Below are positions 16,750 through 24,034 of a stretch of 64,000 bases of DNA, piece after piece. Source of the DNA: Candidatus Latescibacterota bacterium (GTDB taxonomy: Bacteria > Latescibacterota > UBA2968 > UBA8231); assembly GCA_965242865.1 (NCBI GenBank), contig CBDETK010000013.1, positions 1,568,001 to 1,632,000 of the forward strand. The letters run 5' to 3'. Within the stretch, counting starts at the first letter, position 1. The number at the start of each line of letters is the position of its first letter. Under the pieces are notes generated by a model that was not told where the DNA came from, searched no databases, and was given only the letters and a program-made list of their open reading frames with translations. The position numbers were made by a program, and so were the translations under genes.

Positions 16750-18333
16750 TCACATCCCCCACACGGCAACCAGCACCCCCCCTTCGGTTTCCTCGCGGCG
16801 ATACACCTTGTCGTCCCACGATTTGTCCTCGGCGCGGTCAAAGAGCACCAAGTGCCCCTCGGCCGCCGCGCAGCGGTCCATGTACGTGCGCGTCTGCGCC
16901 AGCCCTTCGCGCAGCGTCCGCTCCAAGCCCCCGTGCAGCACCTTGCACTCAATGACCACCTTCTGAGTCCTGCGGGAGTCCCCGCCCACCGGCCACAGCA
17001 GCAGCAAATCCGTGCGCCCCCGGCCCAAGCCATACTCGCGCTCAATGCGGCCGCCGCTGTTGACGATGCGCTGTAAAAACGCCTGCAGCAGCAACTGCGG
17101 CCCGGCCTCCTTGTACTGGAATCGCTCCACCCAGTGCTCGGAGTGTGCGCGGAAAAATTCTTGGAACGCCGACAGCAGTGCGCCCACGTTCAAGTCGCCA
17201 GCGTCACCCACGTACCACGCGGTTTCTTGATCGAACTCCTCTTGCACGACCCACGTCAGTTCGCGCGGCACGACCTCGGCGTAAATCGGATTGGCAATGC
17301 GGAGTGGACGATCTTGCGCGACCAGCCCCAGATCGCGCACGTACTCCAAATCGCGGTCCACAAAGCGGCGCTGCTCGCCACCGCTCAACAGCGGCTCGAC
17401 CACCCGGCGCACCCTTTCCTCTTTGAGCTTATCGGCCAACTGGTCGAGATGGGTCTCTCGGCGCAGGATCAACTGCTCGTGTGCGTCGTGGATAGCCGCG
17501 GCCGCAACGGGGCGGCTGCGGTCGCGGCCGGCCTTGTTTTTGAAGCAGGCTTCGTACGCCAAGGCGTTGACCAGCCACGGCTGGCCTTGGGTCCATTCCC
17601 AAATCGCGGCACGCGCCTCAGCCGCGAAGGCTTGCCCTGTCGCCTCGGTGTGCTGCGCCAGCAGGGCCTCGACCTCTGGCTGCGAAAGATCTCCGAGCCG
17701 CAGGGACTCGGCGCGGATGTTGAACGCACTGCCGCCGGCGATGATGGCGTTTTCAGCCGTCGATTGAATGCGGTAATCGCGCACATCGCGCACCCCGCAC
17801 AAGACCACGCTCTGCGGGAATCGCTGCGGCCGCTCTGGGTAGCCGGCGCGTAGCTGCCGCAGCACCGACAGCAGGCTGTCGCCGACCAGCGCGTCGATCT
17901 CGTCGAGCAGCAGCACTAGGGGCTTTGGCTCGGCTGCTGCCCAGTGCGCCAGCACGGCCCGGAGCGCACCATGCGGCCCGGCTTCCTCCAGCATATCGGG
18001 CCACCGGACTGGCAGTGCCGCGTCGCCCAGCGTCTCGGCTGCCGCGAGTTGGAGCTCGGAGAGGATCGCCTGCATCGCCCGGGCGACGTCCTCGCGCGCG
18101 GTCTGGGCGGCCTCAATGTTCGCATACACGCAGCGAAACTCACCACTGGCGTTCAGGGCATCCTTTAAGGCGAACAACGCCGAGGTCTTGCCGGTCTGCC
18201 GCGGCGCGTGTAGGACGAAGTACTTCTCCTGCCGGATGAGCAGCAGCAGGTCATCGACGTCGAGCCGCGATAGGGGCGGAATGTGGTAGTGGAGGGCCGG
18301 CTTAATCGGGCCGGCCGTATTGAAGAAACGCAT
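16750..18333 (-). CDS. AAA/P-loop ATPase with C-terminal PD-(D/E)XK nuclease-like domain
   Basis: HAPRQTGKTS Walker A, LLLDEID Walker B, GQPWLVNAL; C-terminal REYGLGRGRTDL..VIECK..GLAQ..YM. Confidence 0.85.
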   Translation of the reverse strand: MRFFNTAGPIKPALHYHIPPLSRLDVDDLLLLIRQEKYFVLHAPRQTGKTSALFALKDALNASGEFRCVYANIEAAQTAREDVARAMQAILSELQLAAAETLGDAALPVRWPDMLEEAGPHGALRAVLAHWAAAEPKPLVLLLDEIDALVGDSLLSVLRQLRAGYPERPQRFPQSVVLCGVRDVRDYRIQSTAENAIIAGGSAFNIRAESLRLGDLSQPEVEALLAQHTEATGQAFAAEARAAIWEWTQGQPWLVNALAYEACFKNKAGRDRSRPVAAAAIHDAHEQLILRRETHLDQLADKLKEERVRRVVEPLLSGGEQRRFVDRDLEYVRDLGLVAQDRPLRIANPIYAEVVPRELTWVVQEEFDQETAWYVGDAGDLNVGALLSAFQEFFRAHSEHWVERFQYKEAGPQLLLQAFLQRIVNSGGRIEREYGLGRGRTDLLLLWPVGGDSRRTQKVVIECKVLHGGLERTLREGLAQTRTYMDRCAAAEGHLVLFDRAEDKSWDDKVYRREETEGGVLVAVWGM

Positions 18334-18564
18334 GGTTGTGGGATAGTGCCCCTTGCGTGAGGGCTTTTTTCAGCGTTTAATTTGGGCGATTACAAAACAA
18401 ATAAACCTAAATCAGGGCCGTACCACAACGCAGCGTCCGGTTGTTTCGTGGTAGCCTTGTAAACCGCATTTTGGCGGCGAATTTGGTGTTGGCGAATGAA
18501 CGAGAGCATGGGTGAGCATTTCACATCAGACCGGGGCCTTGCTGTGGGGGCTGAGTTTCGTTGG

Positions 18565-18651
18565 ATGCTTGGATTCGTCGTCAATTTAATATGTCGTAAG
18601 TCCTTGAAAAACAACAACTTACCACCCCCCCCCCCGAAAATTCTCCGCTAG
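18565..18651 (+). other. Candidate leader ORF (28 aa, five Pro) containing a C11 homopolymer (18625..18635)
   Basis: ATG 18565 reads MLGFVVNLICRKSLKNNNLPPPPPKILR*; no strong RBS seen. Confidence 0.35.
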
Positions 18652-18683
18652 CACCAAGCACTAAACTCTCTACTTCTCAGCAT

Positions 18684-18972
18684 AGGCCGACGGATCGTGT
18701 GCGGCTGTTGGGCGTCGCGTCGATCTGGCCGCGTGGCCCCAAACCGCACACGGCCGGTCGGCCTTCGTCTGTACGCCATATCCTTAGGCTGGGGCCTGTC
18801 CAAAGTACCGCCCTAGGGCGAGCCCGACCGCGCCATTCCCTTCTTCCTCAACGATACGACCCACCACTCGCTTCCAAAGAGCGCGGGCATCCTGTCCTCG
18901 TCAAAGGCGAGACGCCCTCCAGCCCGGTTCATCGAGAACAGCAGAAAAGGCGTCCGCAAAGTAGGGGTCGTG
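18684..18972 (+). promoter_or_regulatory. Structured 5' leader upstream of the LRR-YWTD gene
   Basis: Hairpin aggccgac..cgtgtgcgg..ttggg / cccaa..ccgcacacg..gtcggcct (18684..18764). Second domain closed by tacgaccc/gggtcgtg with inner ctcgtc/ggcgag and acgcc/ggcgt stems. Judged by eye. Confidence 0.4.
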
Positions 18973-19018
18973 TACTCAGTCCTTCTCCCAACCTGCATAC
19001 CATACAAAGGAGCAAAAA

Positions 19019-20668
19019 ATGCTTTCGTTGAAATCGATAAAACCCCTGCTTGGCTTCGTCCTTTTGGGCGTCGTCGGTACTTGGATGGGCTGCTCAGACT
19101 CCGCGCCGGTCGCTTCTCGGCCGGCCGGCAAAGCCACCTGTTCCTTGTGCGAATTCTTGGGCAACGACACCTACACCGCTGCCGACGGGCTGACCGCCCC
19201 GGAAAGCCCCGACACCACCCAAACCGACGCTGACGCCGACACCACCCAAACCGACGCTGACGCCGATAGCACCCAAACCGACGCTGACGCCGATAGCACC
19301 CAATCGGCGGTCGTGGAGTTCGCCGACGCCAATCTGGAACAGGCGGTGCGGGAGGCGTTGGATCGCCCGCAAGGGCCGCTTACGCCGGCGGACTTGGCGT
19401 CTCTGACCGAACTCGACGCGAGCTATAAAAACATTGAGAGCGTGGCCGGCCTCGAACACGCAACGGCGCTGCACACGCTGTATCTGCGGGACAACGCGAT
19501 TACGGACGTGCAGCCGTTGGCCCGCTTGACCAACCTTCAAACGTTGTCGCTGTGGAAGAACGAGATTGCGGACGTGAGTCCGCTGGCGAGCCTGACCAAC
19601 CTGCGCAAGCTGGATCTGTGGGGCAACGAGATTGCGGATGTGCAGCCGTTAGCCGGCCTAACGAACCTGCAATGGCTCCAGCTAGGGGACAACGAGATTG
19701 CGGATATAAGTCCGTTGGCGAGTCTAACGAACTTGCAATGGCTGGGCGTGGTAGAAAACGGCCTCGGCGAGTACGCCGCCAACCAACAGCTCGCCGCCTC
19801 GACGGCAGGCGGCCTCCGCGTCCAAGCGGTGATAGAAAAATACCCCCCCGTCGAAACCGTCCAACCGGAACCAGAGGAACCGACGGAACCACCCATCGTA
19901 CTGAACGCCCTATACTGGGTGGACCGGGTCGCGGGTAAAATTGAGCGTGCCGACCTAAATGGCGATAACCGCGAAGCCCTCCCCATCACAGGATTGACAA
20001 GTCCATGGGGGCTCGCGCTGGATCTGACGAACAGAAAGATGTACTGGACAGACCGGGGCACGAATAAAATTGAGCGTGCCGACTTGGATGGAAATAATCG
20101 CGAAGACCTCATCACGGGATTGGGTGATCCAAATGGCATCGCGCTGGATGTGGAGAGCGGAAAGCTGTACTGGACAGACCGGATCACGGATAAGATAGAG
20201 CGTGCCGACTTGAATGGAGATAATCGCGAAGACCTCATCACGGGATTGAGTGTTCCAAATGGCATCGCGCTGGATGTGGAGAGCGAAAAGATGTACTGGA
20301 CGGACAACGGCACGAATAAGATAGAGCGTGCCGACTTGGATGGAGATAATCGCGAAGACCTCATCACCTCGGGATTGATAAGTCCAACGGGCATCGCGCT
20401 GGATCTGGAGAGCAGAAAGATGTACTGGACAGACTATGGCATAGGTAGGATAGAGCGTGCCGACTTAGATGGAGATAATCGCGAAGACCTCATCACCTCG
20501 GGATTGCAGACGCCACAGGGCATCGCGCTGGATGTGGAGAGCGGAAAGATGTACTGGACAGACTCTGGCACGGATAAGATAGAGCGTGCCGACTTGGATG
20601 GAGATAATCGCGAAGACCTCATCACGGGATTGACGACTCCACAGAGCATCGCGCTGGGTATTCGGTAG
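19019..20668 (+). CDS. Lipoprotein with internalin-like leucine-rich repeats and six LDL-receptor-type YWTD repeats (eukaryote-like repeat protein)
   Basis: Signal peptide with lipobox-like WMGC, CxxC, D/T-rich linker, LRR cap FADANLEQAVR, 22-aa LRRs (LTNLxxLxLxxNEIADxxPLAx), six KMYWTD-type repeats; AAGGAG RBS. Confidence 0.9.
   Translation: MLSLKSIKPLLGFVLLGVVGTWMGCSDSAPVASRPAGKATCSLCEFLGNDTYTAADGLTAPESPDTTQTDADADTTQTDADADSTQTDADADSTQSAVVEFADANLEQAVREALDRPQGPLTPADLASLTELDASYKNIESVAGLEHATALHTLYLRDNAITDVQPLARLTNLQTLSLWKNEIADVSPLASLTNLRKLDLWGNEIADVQPLAGLTNLQWLQLGDNEIADISPLASLTNLQWLGVVENGLGEYAANQQLAASTAGGLRVQAVIEKYPPVETVQPEPEEPTEPPIVLNALYWVDRVAGKIERADLNGDNREALPITGLTSPWGLALDLTNRKMYWTDRGTNKIERADLDGNNREDLITGLGDPNGIALDVESGKLYWTDRITDKIERADLNGDNREDLITGLSVPNGIALDVESEKMYWTDNGTNKIERADLDGDNREDLITSGLISPTGIALDLESRKMYWTDYGIGRIERADLDGDNREDLITSGLQTPQGIALDVESGKMYWTDSGTDKIERADLDGDNREDLITGLTTPQSIALGIR
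19211..19303 (+). repeat. 27-bp coding tandem repeat (D[T/S]TQTDADA, about 3.4 copies)
   Basis: gacaccacccaaaccgacgctgacgcc x2, gatagcacccaaaccgacgctgacgcc, then a partial copy. Confidence 0.9.
19910..20660 (+). repeat. 126/129-bp coding tandem repeats (YWTD blades)
   Basis: Near-identical units: tactggacagac...gagcgtgccgacttggatggagataatcgcgaagacctcatcac...ggcatcgcgctggat. Confidence 0.9.
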
Positions 20669-20710
20669 TCATGGAGGTTCACCTCCCCGGCTTGCATGGC
20701 GTTGAGGCGA

Positions 20711-20734
20711 CAAAGGGGCGAATTCGCCCGTATT
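20711..20734. repeat. REP-like palindrome family A, copy 2
   Basis: caaaggggcgaattcgcccgtatt; same as the 13768 copy with 6 bp fewer in the loop. Confidence 0.55.
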
Positions 20735-20798
20735 TGCATAGGGCCAAGGGGCGTCCAGATGCACACGCGGCGTTTTCTTTGTACGTTATCCCCGGCAA

Positions 20799-21812
20799 AT
20801 GGATAGCGTTACGCAAATCGCGCTCGGCGCGGCGGTCGGCGAAAAGGTTTTAGGCCAAAAGGTTGGCAACAAGGCCCCCCTGTGGGGCGCGGCCGTGGGC
20901 ATCCTCCCAGACCTCGACGTGTTGGGCGCGGCCTTTCTGTCGGAGACCGACCAACTGGGCTTTCACCGCTGGCTGTCGCACTCCCTGCTCTTTGCCGTAG
21001 TCGGCGGCCTCGGCGTGGGCTGGGTGCTGTCCAAGCTACACCGCGCCGCGACTTGGCGCGCGTGGACCGCGCTGGGGTTTTGGGCACTCCTCACCCACGC
21101 CCTCCTCGACTGCTTCACCGGCTACGGCACCCAACTATTCAGCCCGTTCAGCCAGTACCCGGTCGCCTTGAGTTCCATCTTCGTCATCGATCCGCTCTAT
21201 ACCCTGCCCTTGGCCAGCGGCCTCATCGCGGCCCTGTGCCAGCGGCGGGCACACTGGCGGCGGCGGCTCAACGCGCTGGGCCTCGGCCTAAGCACCGCGT
21301 ACCTGCTTGCCACCGCCGCGATTTGCCTGCACGTGCGCAGCACCTTTGCCCACGCCCTCGCCGACCAAGGCATCGCCTACGAGCGCCTGCGCGTCGTGCC
21401 AACTCCGTTCAACGCGGTGCTGTGGTCGGGCTTGGCCGGCCAAGACGATCACCTGTGGACCGGGCTGTATTCCCTGTTCGACGACTCGGCCATCGGCTTC
21501 CGCCGCATCGAGCGCAACACCCCACTCATCGCCCCCCGACGCGACGACCCACCCATCCAGCGGCTGCTGTGGTTTTCTCGCGGGTATTATCGGGTGGAGC
21601 ACCGCGCCGAGGGGCTCTACTTCTACGACCTGCGCTTTGGCCGCTCCGACTTCTACCTCGACGCCACGGGCGCGTACTTCTTCGCGTTCCGCCTAGTGCC
21701 AGACCCATCCCACCCTGCGCGCTTCGCCGACATTGAGCGCACCAACCCGTTCGATGCCGAGCCCACGGACCAAGCCCTAAAGCGGCTGTGGCGCCGCCTA
21801 CTGGGGCACTAG
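20799..21812 (+). CDS. Membrane metal-dependent hydrolase (YdjM-like)
   Basis: MDSVTQIALGA, LPDLD, HRWLSHS, THALLDCFTGYGTQ, IDPLYT, DLRFG. Confidence 0.9.
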   Translation: MDSVTQIALGAAVGEKVLGQKVGNKAPLWGAAVGILPDLDVLGAAFLSETDQLGFHRWLSHSLLFAVVGGLGVGWVLSKLHRAATWRAWTALGFWALLTHALLDCFTGYGTQLFSPFSQYPVALSSIFVIDPLYTLPLASGLIAALCQRRAHWRRRLNALGLGLSTAYLLATAAICLHVRSTFAHALADQGIAYERLRVVPTPFNAVLWSGLAGQDDHLWTGLYSLFDDSAIGFRRIERNTPLIAPRRDDPPIQRLLWFSRGYYRVEHRAEGLYFYDLRFGRSDFYLDATGAYFFAFRLVPDPSHPARFADIERTNPFDAEPTDQALKRLWRRLLGH

Positions 21813-23018
21813 CCCCCACGCTTGGTCAATGTCGCGCTGGTACGCGTCAATTTTGCCAGCCAACACGTCGGCGACCTGCACCACCTGCCCGGACAGGCCG
21901 GATTCGTAAATGGCCTCGCTGACGGCCTTGCTGCGCAAGCCTTCCTCCGCGTCGATTTCCACCGGGCGTCCCGCACTCAGCGCGTCGATAAAGTCCCACA
22001 ACTCCAGCGTCACCCCGCCGGTGATTCGATACGGGAAGAGCGCGTCCTTTTCCTCTTCGCTGAGGGTCGCTAAGTACATTTCCTGCAACTTGGCCATGCT
22101 GTACGTGGTCCCGTCGGCGAGTTGGCACTCGCCGCGCTCCTGAAAGGCGGCGGGATGGAAGATGTCCGCGTCGATGATCGATCCCTTCTCGCCGCTCAAG
22201 GTCAGTTGGGTAAACCCCTTGCCGGGCGCGCTGATCGTCCACGACCACGTGCCGATTAAGCCGCTTTCAAAGTTGAAGATGCTGGTCCAAAAGTCCTCGC
22301 ACGCACTGTCGACCCTGTCCTCGCCGCGGCGATGGGGACGCGGGTAGATCTGCTCAACTCGGGCGTACACGCTCTCGATTTCGCCAAACCAATAGCGCAT
22401 GGTATCCACCCAGTGCGCCCCGCTGTCCATGACCATGCCGCACCCGCCCAACGTGCGATCGACGCGCCAGTGCCAATTGGGCACGGCCGCTGGATCGCGC
22501 CACCCGGCCTGCACGGCCCACCACATTTTCGGCGCGCCCAACAGGCCGTCCGCAAAGGCCCAATGGATGGTGCGCTGGCCCAAGGAGCGGCGGCATTGCT
22601 CGGCCGTGGCCGCGACCCGCCCGCAGCGTTGCGCTGTCTGCGCGATTTTCTTGGAGGCCCGCACGGTGACCCCAATCGGCTTTTCGACGAGCACGTGGAC
22701 TCCGCCCTCTAGCAGCTCGCAGGCCAAGACGTGGTGCAAGCCGTGCGGGCTGCATATATCGGCCCCATCAAGCGCGTCTTCCCCGGCGAGCAGCTCGGCC
22801 ACGCTGGTATAGGTGCGGACCTCCCAGCCGGCAAACCCGTTGATGCGCGCGGCAAACTCCTCCGCACGGGCGGGCACGGCATCTACGGCCGCGACAATGC
22901 AAAACCGCGTCTCGCCCTTTTTCAACAACTCTTCGTATCCCCGCAAATGCGCCCCGGCCATGCCGCCACACCCGACCATGGCCAGTTGGACGACCTCCCC
23001 CTTCTTTTTTTCGCTCAT
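21798..23018 (-). CDS. Gfo/Idh/MocA family oxidoreductase
   Basis: VGCGGMA, VEKPIG, GMVMDSGAHWVD; GGAGG RBS before ATG 23018. Confidence 0.9.
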   Translation of the reverse strand: MSEKKKGEVVQLAMVGCGGMAGAHLRGYEELLKKGETRFCIVAAVDAVPARAEEFAARINGFAGWEVRTYTSVAELLAGEDALDGADICSPHGLHHVLACELLEGGVHVLVEKPIGVTVRASKKIAQTAQRCGRVAATAEQCRRSLGQRTIHWAFADGLLGAPKMWWAVQAGWRDPAAVPNWHWRVDRTLGGCGMVMDSGAHWVDTMRYWFGEIESVYARVEQIYPRPHRRGEDRVDSACEDFWTSIFNFESGLIGTWSWTISAPGKGFTQLTLSGEKGSIIDADIFHPAAFQERGECQLADGTTYSMAKLQEMYLATLSEEEKDALFPYRITGGVTLELWDFIDALSAGRPVEIDAEEGLRSKAVSEAIYESGLSGQVVQVADVLAGKIDAYQRDIDQAWGLVPQ

Positions 23019-23057
23019 CTCTGCCTCCACAGGTTGGTTTGTAGGCTACATACTATA

Positions 23058-23160
23058 TGGAATGTTCATCGTCTTTTCCCTAGGATCCGTCATTCCCGCA
23101 ACAGAACGTCACCCCGTGCTCCGACACGGGGCGGGAATCCAGTCCTGAACGACGTAAAGC
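23058..23160 (+). repeat. REP/MITE-like element family B, copy 1, with nested hairpin
   Basis: tggaatgttcatcg...gtcattcccgc[aacagaacgtcaccccgtgctccgacacggg]gcgggaatccagtcctgaacgacgta; homologous to 40896..40972 on the minus strand. Confidence 0.75.
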
Positions 23161-23167
23161 ACCTCCC

Positions 23168-23989
23168 TCACCACCCCACCACCTCCGTCAAAAACGCCTC
23201 CACCCCGGCCTCATAAGCGGTCGCATCCTCGCGAAAGGCCGAGCCGTGGCCGCCCCGCAGCTCGGTAAACGCCTTGGGCGGGCCGGCGACCTCGTAGAGC
23301 CGCTGGCCGTGCGCGAAGGCAATCAGCCGGTCGTCGCGGCTGTGGGCAATCAGCACCGGGCACTGGACCTGCTTTAGGTACTCCAACGTGGGATACTCGT
23401 AGCGGGCGAGCAGGCCAATCGGAAAGATCGGATACAGCTCTCGGCCCAGCTCGGGCATGGAGGTAAAGGTCGCCTCCAAGAACAGCGCGGCCGGCTGCTT
23501 GGCCCGCGCCAGCCACGCGGCAATAGGCCCGCCCAACGAGCGGCCAATAATGGCGATCTGCTCCGGAGCGAGCCCGGCTTCGCCTACCAAGTAGTTCCAA
23601 GCGGCCTCGGCGTCGCGATACGTACCAGCCTCCGACGGCGTCCCCGCGCTCTGGCCATAGCCGCGATAGTCAAACAGCAAAATCCCCAAACCCAACCGGT
23701 GCGCGTCCTCGGCCACGGCGAGCAAATGCGACATATTGCCCGCATTGCCGTGGCAAAAAAGCACGGTGCCCCGCGCATTGGCCAACGGCAGATACCACCC
23801 CATAAGCTGCACCCCGTCGCTGGCAACCAATGCGACTTCCTCGTAGCGCATCCCGACCGCGGCCGGCGTGGCCCCTAGGCCAACGCTCGGCCTGTAAATG
23901 AATTTTTCCTGAAAAAAATAGAGATAGGCCGCGGCCAAAACGTAGCCCACCACGGCCAGCGCGGCGATTCCTAGCACAATGCGTCCCAT
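23168..23989 (-). CDS. Alpha/beta hydrolase with N-terminal membrane anchor (YfhR/ABHD17-like)
   Basis: FCHGNAGN, FDYRGYGQSAG, GRSLGG, HSRDD, GGH. Confidence 0.9.
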   Translation of the reverse strand: MGRIVLGIAALAVVGYVLAAAYLYFFQEKFIYRPSVGLGATPAAVGMRYEEVALVASDGVQLMGWYLPLANARGTVLFCHGNAGNMSHLLAVAEDAHRLGLGILLFDYRGYGQSAGTPSEAGTYRDAEAAWNYLVGEAGLAPEQIAIIGRSLGGPIAAWLARAKQPAALFLEATFTSMPELGRELYPIFPIGLLARYEYPTLEYLKQVQCPVLIAHSRDDRLIAFAHGQRLYEVAGPPKAFTELRGGHGSAFREDATAYEAGVEAFLTEVVGW

Positions 23990-24034
23990 GCGTCCAAGTT
24001 GATTTACGCGATCGGTAAAAGTACTTTGCAGTAC

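Noticed and set aside
18900-18975. c-di-GMP-I riboswitch resemblance (ggcgagacgcc...ggcgtccgcaaag)
   Set aside because: I could not find the GNRA tetraloop/receptor or a convincing P1. Kept only as an unassigned structured leader; an Rfam scan is needed.
19910-20660. Regularly spaced repeats resembling a CRISPR array or DGR variable region
   Set aside because: The units are 126/129-bp in-frame coding repeats without unique spacers. No cas or reverse transcriptase gene is present, and the variation is not confined to adenines.
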